A stretch of DNA of 47,034 nt from Mycobacteriales bacterium (GTDB lineage: Bacteria; Actinomycetota; Actinomycetes; BP-191). The notes beneath the pieces were generated by a model. The model worked only from the letters and a program-made list of their open reading frames with translations. It was not told where the DNA came from and searched no databases. Location: positions 1 to 47,034 of the forward strand of contig JBKJZO010000167.1 of NCBI GenBank assembly GCA_046715235.1, written 5' to 3'. Numbering within the stretch: the first letter of the stretch is position 1; the number at the start of each line of letters is the position of its first letter. The translations under genes and the position numbers were made by a program. Shown piece after piece: positions 29,916 to 38,885 of the stretch.

Positions 29916-31103
29916 TCAGTCAGCTTCGCTGATGGTGCTAGACCACCTGACGTTGACCCGTTGCATCGGCGTGATCCGATCCGGGTGCGTCTTGTCCATC
30001 GACAATGACCTTGATCGGCGAAACCTAAAGTCCCAGCGACCCGTCGAGGCGAAGAGGCAGGCCGCGAGCACATCGAACTGATCGGCGCGGTAGAGCCGAC
30101 CAGCGGGGTCGCCCTTCTGCGCCCGTGTCTTCTGCACCTCAACTTTCGGGTCGCCAGGGGCGTCGCCGAGCTGATCCGCACGCGCGTAACCGTGCGGACT
30201 GGCGTTCTTGCACTCCACCGAAAGCCGACGCCCATCACGCAAGTCCACGTCGAAGTCCGGGGGGCCATCCCGATCGACCTGAACGACGGAGGCAACGAGC
30301 GGGTCCGCTTCCAGATGTCGCTGCAGGTGGTACTCCGCCACACCTCCACGCACAGCAATCTTGAGCCGCCCGCGGTCGGAGATGATGTCCATGAGTTCGA
30401 TGTGGTCGAGACCAAACTCGTCCTCGAGCGCGTGCCTTGTGGCGTGGCCCGAGGTGCGCCGAGTCGATACGGCCTCAGCGGCTCGGTAGCGAAGCGGCGG
30501 GTCGAGCGCAAGCGAGCTAGCTTCCCTCTCGAAGCGCACGTAATCCAACAGACGATCAGGGCGGAAACCAACGACTGTCTCTAGCTCGTTTCTGGCACGA
30601 GGAGTGGACCGGCGCGTGCCGCTGCGATTGACGCGTTCCCAAACCGCCCAACCAGTTGCCCGTGCTTCGTCAACCTGGTGCTGCTTGAACTCGACACTGA
30701 TGCCCATCGGCAAGGGGTCGTACAACTGTGGGTCGAGCCCAATGAAGACTCCAGCGTCCAGATGCAGGCCCAGCACGAGAGTCACGTCCACGCCAGCGAT
30801 GTCACGACCCAACGCGTGATCGTCGTTGACCCAGGATTGCTCGCCGCCGTACCGCACCTGCAATCGATGCTCATCTGCGGCGCGACCTCTGATCGAGTGA
30901 TTGCAGCGGAAGGGGTATACCAGCAGCCCAATGCGTTCCTCCGCTCCAACCTCAAGTCCTAGGAAAAGCGGAGCCGCGTCAGTAGGGCTGGCGAAAAGCA
31001 GTCGAGCCCCGCTCTCCTGAACCGCTTCGAGCAGGAAGTCGAGCAGATCATCTTTCGACTGCACCCGGTACGTGCGCGAGTAGGTACGGCCTGCGATTGC
31101 CAC
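29916..31103 (-). CDS. Putative restriction endonuclease: unknown N-terminal domain + C-terminal PD-(D/E)XK domain
   Basis: GVAEYHL..GPPDFDV..SVECKN; co-oriented directly upstream of the MTase. Confidence 0.72.
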   Translation of the reverse strand: MAIAGRTYSRTYRVQSKDDLLDFLLEAVQESGARLLFASPTDAAPLFLGLEVGAEERIGLLVYPFRCNHSIRGRAADEHRLQVRYGGEQSWVNDDHALGRDIAGVDVTLVLGLHLDAGVFIGLDPQLYDPLPMGISVEFKQHQVDEARATGWAVWERVNRSGTRRSTPRARNELETVVGFRPDRLLDYVRFEREASSLALDPPLRYRAAEAVSTRRTSGHATRHALEDEFGLDHIELMDIISDRGRLKIAVRGGVAEYHLQRHLEADPLVASVVQVDRDGPPDFDVDLRDGRRLSVECKNASPHGYARADQLGDAPGDPKVEVQKTRAQKGDPAGRLYRADQFDVLAACLFASTGRWDFRFRRSRSLSMDKTHPDRITPMQRVNVRWSSTISEAD

Positions 31104-31284
31104 GCAAGAAGTCTCGTCGCCCGAGCAAGGTGATCAGTGCACGACGCGCGGAGCATCCGTGCGCGGATGCGTGTGGCGGCGGTCGACGTACCCGTCTCGG
31201 GTCGTAAGGAACAGAACGACGGACGATGGCGCGAGTCGCCTTATGTTCTCGAACACCGCGGACGGTCTGCGGCATTCTGTCGCC

Positions 31285-31683
31285 ATGACAGAACCGAACT
31301 GGCCTAGCCGCTCCGAGATCAAGGCACGCTGGTTCGCGATCCTGGACGGCTCTTGCAGCAGAGAAGACGTCCATGGCTGGACCGTTCCTTGGGTGGAAGG
31401 CGAAGGCCCTTCGTTTCCCCCGACGGACACGATGGTGGGCACCGCTCTGCAAATGCTGCACGGGTTCACGATGGCCTTCAACACGGCCACTCCGCACCTG
31501 ATCCACCATGGGCCCCCGGGTTTCTACGTGAGATCTCTCGACGATATCCGCGACGACTTCGACTGTTGGCGTCGCGACTGCGACGAGTTCGACGCCGACC
31601 CGGATCTGTATCGCGAGCGTCGCAGAACGGCCGCCCGGAAGCTCGCGGATCATGAGCGGCGCCAAGACAGAGGCGGTTCGTGA
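31285..31683 (+). CDS. Hypothetical acidic protein (possibly orphan immunity-like)
   Basis: 132-aa ORF; CATTCT 6 nt before ATG, same spacing as other apparently leaderless genes here. Confidence 0.6.
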   Translation: MTEPNWPSRSEIKARWFAILDGSCSREDVHGWTVPWVEGEGPSFPPTDTMVGTALQMLHGFTMAFNTATPHLIHHGPPGFYVRSLDDIRDDFDCWRRDCDEFDADPDLYRERRRTAARKLADHERRQDRGGS

Positions 31684-31730
31684 CCGTCTTCGACGCCGTG
31701 AATCACGGACGAACAGGCGGGACCGGCCGC

Positions 31731-32087
31731 GTGCGAGTTGCCATCACCGGAGGAACCGGACTCGTCGGTGGTCACCTCGCAATCGCCCTCGCCACCGCCG
31801 GACACGAAGTCGTCATCGTCGCCAGGGGCGTCGATCAACGCCCCTGGGCTAAGCAGATCCTTGCGACGCCCGGGGTCCGTCTCGTCCGGGCCGGAATCAC
31901 CGAAGAAGAGTCGCTGCGTCAAGCCTTCGAGGGCTGCAACGCGGTCGCGCATTGCGCAGGTATCAACCGTGAAATCGGTGCGCAGACCTACCAAGCAATA
32001 CACGTCGACGGTACGGCGGCAGTCGTCCGGGCGGCGCAGCAGGCAGGTGTCGCGCGGTCGGCACTCGTCAGTTTCCCCGGGCGGTGA
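31731..32087 (+). pseudogene. 3'-truncated NAD-dependent epimerase/dehydratase
   Basis: RVAITGGTGLVG and AHCAGINRE present, but it stops at about 118 aa before the YxxxK region. Confidence 0.75.
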
Positions 32088-32258
32088 TGGGACCGACCGC
32101 GCTGAGCCTCGCTGTGTTGTGTGGTTGCGTGGCGGCCTGGGGTCCCAAGTCGCAGGAATCCGACGCGGAACGCCTGACAAGGTCCCGCCACATGCCTGCG
32201 ATTCTGGCGCACCGTTGCCCGGCCGCGGCTGGCAGGCTCCCTGAGATCCCGAGGGGTT

Positions 32259-32282
32259 GATTGATTGGGCGACCGCGGGTAC
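32259..32282 (+). promoter_or_regulatory. Putative SigB/SigF-type promoter GATT-N14-GGGTAC
   Basis: Fits the recalled actinobacterial stress-sigma consensus GNNT-N14-16-GGGTAY; upstream of ORF 32309. Confidence 0.5.
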
Positions 32283-32308
32283 ACCTGGAGTGAGCACGGG
32301 AGGTCGCG

Positions 32309-32455
32309 ATGACGGTGCACCAGTGTCCTGACTGCGAGCTGCGGTTCCGGACGGAGAACGAGCTACGCCAGCATCTGGACAACGATCATCCGGGTCGCGT
32401 TGGCGAGCACTACCCGCACCCGGCGCGGCACGGAGGCAAGTGGCCCGCGCTCTGA
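32309..32455 (+). CDS. 48-aa C2H2 zinc-finger microprotein (not in ORF track)
   Basis: RBS gggagg; MTVHQCPDCELRFRTENELRQHLDNDHPGRVGEHYPHPARHGGKWPAL has C-x2-C-x3-F-x5-L-x2-H-x4-H. Confidence 0.8.
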   Translation: MTVHQCPDCELRFRTENELRQHLDNDHPGRVGEHYPHPARHGGKWPAL

Positions 32456-32539
32456 ACGCTTAGCTCCCCGAGCGTGCTGCCTGTGGACATCGCGTTTCCG
32501 CGGTAACGCCTGCGCCCGCCGTACGAGAGGAACAGCGCC

Positions 32540-33025
32540 ATGCAGCAGAAGATCACTCCAAACCTGTGGTTCGACACTGAGGCTGAAGAGGCTGCGACGT
32601 TCTACCTGACGGTCTTCAAGAACTCGCGAATCGACAGCGTCACGTACTACCCGGAGGGCGGGCCGCGTGAGGCCGGCATGGTGATGACGGTGGAGTTCGA
32701 ACTGGACGGTCATCGGTTCGTCGCAATCAACGGCGGCCCCGAGTTCACCTTCGACGAGGCTGTGTCGTTCGCGATCACCTGCGAGGACCAGGGCGAAGTC
32801 GACTACTACTGGGAGCGACTGACCGAGGGCGGCGGGCAGGAAGGGCCGTGCGGTTGGGTCAAGGACAAGTTCGGCCTGTCCTGGCAGGTCGTGCCGGCGG
32901 GCATGGATGAGCTGTTCACCGACGCCGACCCGAAGCGGGCCGAGCGCGCGATGAAGGCGATGCTCGCGATGGGCAAGCTCGACATAGCCGCCTTGCGTGC
33001 CGCGGCTGACGGCGCAGCGACCTGA
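32540..33025 (+). CDS. VOC family protein (PhnB-like)
   Basis: QKITPNLWFD, FVAINGGPEF, CGWVKDKFGLSWQV. Confidence 0.9.
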   Translation: MQQKITPNLWFDTEAEEAATFYLTVFKNSRIDSVTYYPEGGPREAGMVMTVEFELDGHRFVAINGGPEFTFDEAVSFAITCEDQGEVDYYWERLTEGGGQEGPCGWVKDKFGLSWQVVPAGMDELFTDADPKRAERAMKAMLAMGKLDIAALRAAADGAAT

Positions 33026-33062
33026 CAGGCAACAGGCCTACCGCATCCCCTAGAGTCGGGCG

Positions 33063-33413
33063 ATGCCGTCGTACACCGTCAACAAAAAGGCCGTCGCCCA
33101 CGCGAAACGGCTGATCGACGCGCATCAGTACGTCGTCGAGAGCGCGTGGGGCGACGTCCAACCGAGTGCCGACGACGAGAACACGTTTCTCGAGTCGCAC
33201 TCATGGGATGAGTTCGGCGAATGGCACCTGGGCCTGATCGATGGGGCAAGTGATGACACGAAGTCGAGGTACGGGTTCGTCTACGGCGACTTCCATCGGG
33301 TTCATCGCAGCGCGCTGATTGCCTGTCAGCTCCGAGCGGCGGAGTACAGCCACAAGGACGTCGAGCTGGCCGCGCACAAGTTGTTGCAGCAGCTCGACAA
33401 CAAGCGCGCCTGA
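33063..33413 (+). CDS. Hypothetical protein
   Basis: Protein-like composition (WHLGL..TKSRYGFVYGDF..HRS); TAGAGT 6 nt before ATG. Confidence 0.75.
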   Translation: MPSYTVNKKAVAHAKRLIDAHQYVVESAWGDVQPSADDENTFLESHSWDEFGEWHLGLIDGASDDTKSRYGFVYGDFHRVHRSALIACQLRAAEYSHKDVELAAHKLLQQLDNKRA

Positions 33414-33425
33414 GCCGCGCCTGTC

Positions 33426-34214
33426 CTAGCGCGCGAGCAGGTCGATGCGCGCTAGTTCATGCCCGGAGAGACTGAAGCCCCAGATGTCGGCGTTCGCCTT
33501 GATGCGCTCGGGGTTCGACGACTTCGGGATGACGACCACGTCGTGCTCGACGTGCCAGCGAAGCACGACTTGCGCGGGCGTCACGTTGTGGGCTGCGGCG
33601 ATCTCGGTGAGCACCGGGTCGTTCAGGCGGCTCGCACGAAACGGGCTGTAACCCTCGAGCGCCACGCCGCGGCCACGGCTGTGCGCAAGGCGCGCGGCGT
33701 CGTACAGCCACGGGCTCCACTTGATCTGATTGACCTCCGGCGCCTCGCCGGTCGCCTCGACCAGTACGTCGATCTGCCGCGGGCTGTAGTTGCTCACGCC
33801 GACCGCGCCGGTCTGGCCCACGTCGCGCAGGGCGAGCATCTCGCGCCACGTGTCGACGAGCGGGTCCTCGCCGTTCGGCCAGTGCACGAGCCACAGGTCG
33901 AGTGCGTCGATTCCCAATAGCCGCAGGCTCTGCTCGATCATCGCCGCCGCAACGTGCCTGTCCTCCGGGCGGAGTTTCGACGTGATGAAGACCTCGTCGC
34001 GGGGGACGCCGCTGTCGCGCAGAGCGCGACCCACCTGCTCCTCATTGCCGTACGCCGTCGCCGTATCGATGTGGCGGTAGCCGACGGCAAGCGCATCGCG
34101 CACTGACTGGTATGCCGCCTCGCCGTGCAGCTGCCACGTGCCGAAGCCGAGAACCGGAATCGCGCCGCCACCGGCCAGCAGGACGCGGCGCGTCGATGTC
34201 TCGTCTTTGGTCAT
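33426..34214 (-). CDS. Aldo/keto reductase
   Basis: LGFGTWQ, HIDTATAYGNE, FITSK, LVHWP, GVSNY, VIPKSSNPERI. Confidence 0.92.
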   Translation of the reverse strand: MTKDETSTRRVLLAGGGAIPVLGFGTWQLHGEAAYQSVRDALAVGYRHIDTATAYGNEEQVGRALRDSGVPRDEVFITSKLRPEDRHVAAAMIEQSLRLLGIDALDLWLVHWPNGEDPLVDTWREMLALRDVGQTGAVGVSNYSPRQIDVLVEATGEAPEVNQIKWSPWLYDAARLAHSRGRGVALEGYSPFRASRLNDPVLTEIAAAHNVTPAQVVLRWHVEHDVVVIPKSSNPERIKANADIWGFSLSGHELARIDLLAR

Positions 34215-34315
34215 GCCGCCGATCAAAGCATCCCGACGGACACTTCGGTCAAATGAGACAGTTCGCAGGGACCGGTGATATGGCGGCGCAGCCGCCGGCC
34301 GGAGGAGTCGACATT

Positions 34316-34571
34316 GTGACCGCGACGATCGAGCGAGTGGATCGTCGGTGACGCGTCCGAGGTCGTCGTGATCGACGCGGCTCGCGACGCGCGCGCAATA
34401 GCAACGGCGGTCGGCGTACGCCGGGTGCTGGCGATCGTCTGCACGCATGCGCATCAAGACCACATCAACGTGGCCGAGCGGCACACCCCTGGCAACACGC
34501 CCGGGAGCGTTTGCCTCCACGCGCCAGAACTTGGACTGCTCTTCTGCCGCGCGCGGCTGGTGACGCTCTAA
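34316..34571 (+). pseudogene. Collapsed MBL-fold metallo-hydrolase (glyoxalase II-like)
   Basis: RBS ggagg + GTG TATIERV, frame change, then WIVGDASEVVVIDAA..CTHAHQDH followed almost immediately by HTPGNTPGSVC and an early stop. Confidence 0.78.
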
Positions 34572-34625
34572 GGGCCTTAGTCCGATCTAAGGCCCCCGGC
34601 TCACAGGCGTCGGCAAGAGATAAGG
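34568..34625. promoter_or_regulatory. TAAGG/CCTTA motif cluster, candidate operator
   Basis: CTAAGG-G-CCTTAG at 34568-34580, CTAAGG at 34587, ATAAGG at 34620. Confidence 0.55.
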
Positions 34626-34695
34626 CATTGTCCCGATGTGGCGGGGCTCCTCAGACGCGCAATGTCAACGGCGTCGGACAAGCGAAGGAGCCGAA

Positions 34696-34863
34696 ATGTT
34701 CACCACGCCGGAGATCGTCAACGCCGAGATCGCCTACCGCACCGAGCGCGCGAAGGAGCTCTACGGGCCGCGCAAGGCCAAGGCCGTCCGCGCGGAGCGC
34801 CGGCCGGCGCGTCGATTCGCCCGCCTCAGCCACCTCCGTCAGCGCGTCGCGTCGCACGCCTGA
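34696..34863 (+). CDS. 55-aa basic small protein
   Basis: RBS aaggag; MFTTPEIVNAEIAYRTERAKELYG.. Confidence 0.7.
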   Translation: MFTTPEIVNAEIAYRTERAKELYGPRKAKAVRAERRPARRFARLSHLRQRVASHA

Positions 34864-34909
34864 GCACCTGGGCCATAACAGCCACGCCTGAGCCGAGAAG
34901 GAGCCCACC

Positions 34910-35086
34910 ATGTTCCACGTCTTCTGCCCACAGCACGGCTCCGATGTTGTCCTCGGAAACCGCGCGATCCGCGGCCTGGTCAACACCGACCTCGGGATCA
35001 TCGTCGTCCTCGAGTGCACCTGCGGCGAGCGGATCGCCACGGTGACCGGCCGCAAGGCGCGGGCCCTGACCGCAGCTGCCGCATAA
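34910..35086 (+). CDS. 58-aa Cys/His putative metal-binding small protein (not in ORF track)
   Basis: RBS gaaggag; MFHVFCPQHGSDVVLGNRAIRGLVNTDLGIIVVLECTCGERIATVTGRKARALTAAAA. Confidence 0.75.
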   Translation: MFHVFCPQHGSDVVLGNRAIRGLVNTDLGIIVVLECTCGERIATVTGRKARALTAAAA

Positions 35087-35127
35087 ACGGGTCCACAGTG
35101 TCGCTCCCAGCCGTAATGATGGGCGCC

Positions 35128-38094
35128 ATGGCGCCCGAAGCGACGGCCAGTGGTCCTCTGGTCGGTCGAGCCACGGAGCTCGGCCGACTGTCGAGTCTCG
35201 TTGGCGTTGCCTCGGGCGAGCCCCCGGGAGCGGTTCTGCTGGCCGGCGACGCGGGGGTCGGCAAGACCCGGCTGCTGGCCGAACTGCGCGACCAGGCGCG
35301 CGCGGCGGGCTGGCGGGTGCTCGTCGGTCACTGTTTCGACTTCGGTGACAGCGCGCAGCCCTACCTGCCGTTCAGCGAGGTGTTCGGGCGTCTCGCTGAT
35401 GAGGCGCCGCAGCTGGCCGCGTCCCTTGTCGACTCCTATCCGCAGATCGCGCGGCTGATGCCTGGCCGGCGCGTCCTCACCGGAGCTGACGACGTACCGG
35501 CGACCGGCATGCAGCGCTCCGATCTGTTCGAGGTCGTACGCGCGGCCCTCGACGAGCTGAGCCGGGAGGGGCCGCTGCTCGTCGTCATAGAAGACGTGCA
35601 CTGGGCCGACCAGTCGACCCGGGAGATGCTCAGTTTCTTGTTCACCCGGCGCTTCGCCGAACGCGTCGCGATCGTGGCGTCGTATCGCAGCGACGACCTG
35701 CACCGCCGCCACCCGTTGCGCGCCGCGGCCGCCGAGTGGGCGCGCGTTCCGGGGGTCAGCCGGATACAGCTCATGCCGCTGGCGGACGCCGACATCCGCG
35801 CGCTCGTCCTGGCGCTCCACCCGGCGCCGCTGCGCGAGATGGATGTACGCCGGATCGTCGAGCGCGCGGAGGGCAACGCCTTCTTCACGGAAGAGCTTGT
35901 GGCCGCGTCCGGACTCGACGGCGGCGCCCTGCCGACTGACCTCGCCGACCTGCTGCTGCTGCGCATCGACCAGCTCGACGACACCGCGCGGCTGACGATC
36001 CGTGCGGCGTCCGTGGCGGGCCGGCGCGTGTCCCACGCGTTGTTGGCCCGCGTCGCCGGCATCGACGACGGCGCACTCGAGCGCGCGATCCGCGCGGCGG
36101 TCGAGGGCAACGTGCTGGTGACTGTCGGCGCGGCCGGCTACGCGTTCCGGCACGCGCTGCTGGCCGAGGCGGTGTACGACGACCTGCTGCCCGGCGAACG
36201 GGTCAGGCTGCACGGTGTCTACGCGTCGGCGTTCGCCGCCCGCGACGTGGAGGGCACCGCAGCCGAGCTCGCCCGGCATGCGCGGCTGGCAAACGACCTC
36301 CCGACGGCGATGCGCGCGAGCATCCAGGCCGGTGACGAGGCGATGTCGCTTGCCGGCCCCGACGAGGCGGCGCACCACTACGAGACGGCGCTCGAACTGC
36401 TGACCGACAGCGAAACCGTTTCGGCCGGCGCGGGTGACATCGACGTCATAGATCTCGTGATCAGAGCGAGCATGGCCACCAACGCCGCCGGGCATCCTTA
36501 CCGCGCTGTGGCCCTCGTGCAGGACCAGCTCGACGTGCTGCCCCGTGACGCTGACCCGCGCGATCGGGCGCGGTTGCTCGTCGCCTACGCCCAGGCGGCG
36601 TTCATGACCGACTCGCCGCTCGACGTACTCACTGCTACGACTGAAGCGCTGAGCCTCGTGCCGGCCCAGTCCGCCGACGCGCTGCGCGCCCGCGTGCTCG
36701 CCGTACACGCGCGCAGCAACGCCGACCACTACCGCGACGACGAGGCCGCGCGGTGGGCGGGTGACGCACTCGAACTCGCGCACAAACTCGAACTGCTTGA
36801 TGTCACCGCCGATGCCGCGACGACCCTCGCCCGCATCGAAGAACGCGCCGGCGATCCTGAGGTGTCGAAGCGCGCTCTGGAGCAAGCGGTCGAGGAGGCG
36901 CGGCGCGCCAGCGCTCCGGGCGCGGAGCTACGCAGCATGTCCAGCATCGGCGGTCTGCACTATGAGCTCGGCCGGCTCGACGAGGCCTTCACCGCCTTCG
37001 AGGCAGCCGCTGCCCGAGCGCGTGAGATGGGTCGCCCATGGGCGCCGTACGGCGTCGACGCGCGCATCCTCGCCGGGCAGGTCGCCTACGTGAAGGGCGA
37101 CTGGGACGCCGCGCTGCGCACCGTCGACGTGTCGGGCGAGTCACCGCCGGGATTGGCCGAGGCCGGTTTGGCGGCCGTAGGGGTGGCCGTTGCCGCAGGA
37201 CGCGGCGACGCGCGCGCGCTCGACCTGCTACCAGTGCTGCGCCCCTGGTGGCAGAGGGAGGGCCTGGTCGCCATCACGTCCGGCACGGCCGCCATCGACT
37301 TGTACGGCGACTTCGGCGATCTCGAGGCGGCGCAACGGGTTCACGACGACGTCGTGCAGTGCGTCAGCGAGCTGTGGGAGCTGCACAACTTTCAGGCGCG
37401 CATCCGCATGAGCGGCATCCTGCTCGGGCAGCTCGGCGCCGAGGCGGCTCGCTCCGGAGCGAAGGAGCGCGCGGATCTCGCGCGACGCGGCGACGAGTTG
37501 CGCGACGCGGCGCGCGCCGCCGAACCCGGCCGGGTGCGTGGCAAAAAACGTGGGCCCGAGGGCGAGGCGTGGCTGGCGCGGGTGGCCGCGGAGCACGCGC
37601 GGCTGCGGTGGCTCACCGGTGTCGACGCCCCGGATGAGAAGGAGTTGGTCGCCGCGTGGGAGCGTGCGGTCCTGGGATTCGAGGTCTACGGCCACGCTTT
37701 CGAGCTGGCGCGCTCACGGGCGCGACTCGCCGCCGTACTCAAGGCAGTCGGTCGTTCCGACGAGGCCGCGACATTGATCTCGCTCGTGCGCGCGACCGCG
37801 CGACGACTCGACGCGCAGCCGCTGCTGGCCGAACTGCAGTTGTTGACGGGCGCCTCGCCCGCGACGCCGTCGCGCCTCACTGAGGCGTTGACCGCTCGCG
37901 AGCACGAAGTCCTCTTGCTCGTTGCCCAAGGGAAAAGCAACCGCGAGATCGGCACCCAGCTCTACATCAGCGGCAAGACCGTCAGCGTGCACGTCTCCAA
38001 CATCCTGGCCAAGCTCGGCGCGACCTCGCGTACCGAAGCGGTAGCGCTGGCTCGGCGGCGCGGGCTGCTGACCGAAGAGGGCGCCTCCCGTTAG
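35128..38094 (+). CDS. Large AAA-ATPase/TPR/LuxR-HTH transcriptional regulator
   Basis: LVGRATE, Walker A GDAGVGKT, Walker B VVIEDVHWAD, C-terminal LTAREHEVL..GKSNREIG..KTVSVHVSNILAKLG; start uncertain (35116-35128). Confidence 0.93.
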   Translation: MAPEATASGPLVGRATELGRLSSLVGVASGEPPGAVLLAGDAGVGKTRLLAELRDQARAAGWRVLVGHCFDFGDSAQPYLPFSEVFGRLADEAPQLAASLVDSYPQIARLMPGRRVLTGADDVPATGMQRSDLFEVVRAALDELSREGPLLVVIEDVHWADQSTREMLSFLFTRRFAERVAIVASYRSDDLHRRHPLRAAAAEWARVPGVSRIQLMPLADADIRALVLALHPAPLREMDVRRIVERAEGNAFFTEELVAASGLDGGALPTDLADLLLLRIDQLDDTARLTIRAASVAGRRVSHALLARVAGIDDGALERAIRAAVEGNVLVTVGAAGYAFRHALLAEAVYDDLLPGERVRLHGVYASAFAARDVEGTAAELARHARLANDLPTAMRASIQAGDEAMSLAGPDEAAHHYETALELLTDSETVSAGAGDIDVIDLVIRASMATNAAGHPYRAVALVQDQLDVLPRDADPRDRARLLVAYAQAAFMTDSPLDVLTATTEALSLVPAQSADALRARVLAVHARSNADHYRDDEAARWAGDALELAHKLELLDVTADAATTLARIEERAGDPEVSKRALEQAVEEARRASAPGAELRSMSSIGGLHYELGRLDEAFTAFEAAAARAREMGRPWAPYGVDARILAGQVAYVKGDWDAALRTVDVSGESPPGLAEAGLAAVGVAVAAGRGDARALDLLPVLRPWWQREGLVAITSGTAAIDLYGDFGDLEAAQRVHDDVVQCVSELWELHNFQARIRMSGILLGQLGAEAARSGAKERADLARRGDELRDAARAAEPGRVRGKKRGPEGEAWLARVAAEHARLRWLTGVDAPDEKELVAAWERAVLGFEVYGHAFELARSRARLAAVLKAVGRSDEAATLISLVRATARRLDAQPLLAELQLLTGASPATPSRLTEALTAREHEVLLLVAQGKSNREIGTQLYISGKTVSVHVSNILAKLGATSRTEAVALARRRGLLTEEGASR

Positions 38095-38159
38095 CCTGGC
38101 TCGTGCCCTACTCCGGCGGTCCGCCCACGCTGCAGGATGCCGCGCCGTTCCGTCGCAGC

Positions 38160-38885
38160 ATGCGAGGCACCCGGCTTATCGGCGTCGCCATCGTGCTGTT
38201 CGGCCTCGGCGTCGTCGCGGCCGGCCTCTACTCGGGGCTCTTCGGCCCCAAGCCGCACGAGGACGGGCGACTCGCCATCGCGGTCGTCGAGTCCGTCGGC
38301 GGTGGTCGCCAGCCGCCAACTGTCTCTGTTCCCGCACCCGACGGTGGCCGCGCGATCGTCGAGCTGCGTGACCCGGCTCGCAGCTACGAGCTGGGCGGTC
38401 CGGTCACCGTCCGCGTCGACACGGGCGACCCCGCCGTGGTCTACGACGCGAACGGGGGACGTTCGAACGAGTGGCTCGCCCTAGTCGGGGCCGGGCTCGT
38501 GCTCATGCTGTTCGGCCGGTACGTCGGACGCGCGGCTCGCAAGCATCAGCGCCGGGTGCTTGCCGCGATCGATCGCGGCCTGTCGGCGTACGACGTCACT
38601 GCTCGTCGGCGTCCGGTGCAGGGTGCGCAGGGACGCATCACGCCGTGGGCCGCCGACGTGTGGCAGGGCGGCGAGAGCGTCGGCAGTCTGCTGCTCGGCC
38701 CCAATGCGAAGGCGCTGCCGACGGGCGATCCGGTGCCGGCGCGGGTCTGGGTGAGCGAGGACGAAGACAGCATCGCGATCCTCGACACCGGCTCCGCTTT
38801 GGTGTGGCAACGCGACCCCGTGCGCAACATGCTGGGCTGGCTCGCCGCGGAGAAGATCCGTCTAAATCGACGCATCTCGCCCTGA
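38160..38885 (+). CDS. Two-TM membrane protein (DUF3592-like topology)
   Basis: TM, beta-rich loop, TM, cytoplasmic tail. Confidence 0.6.
   Translation: MRGTRLIGVAIVLFGLGVVAAGLYSGLFGPKPHEDGRLAIAVVESVGGGRQPPTVSVPAPDGGRAIVELRDPARSYELGGPVTVRVDTGDPAVVYDANGGRSNEWLALVGAGLVLMLFGRYVGRAARKHQRRVLAAIDRGLSAYDVTARRRPVQGAQGRITPWAADVWQGGESVGSLLLGPNAKALPTGDPVPARVWVSEDEDSIAILDTGSALVWQRDPVRNMLGWLAAEKIRLNRRISP

Noticed and set aside
29082-30008. 308-aa ORF opposite the methyltransferase
   Set aside because: Shadow frame with no motifs
34651-36885. 744-aa antisense ORF over the LuxR-ATPase
   Set aside because: Shadow frame; the sense strand has clear Walker and HTH motifs
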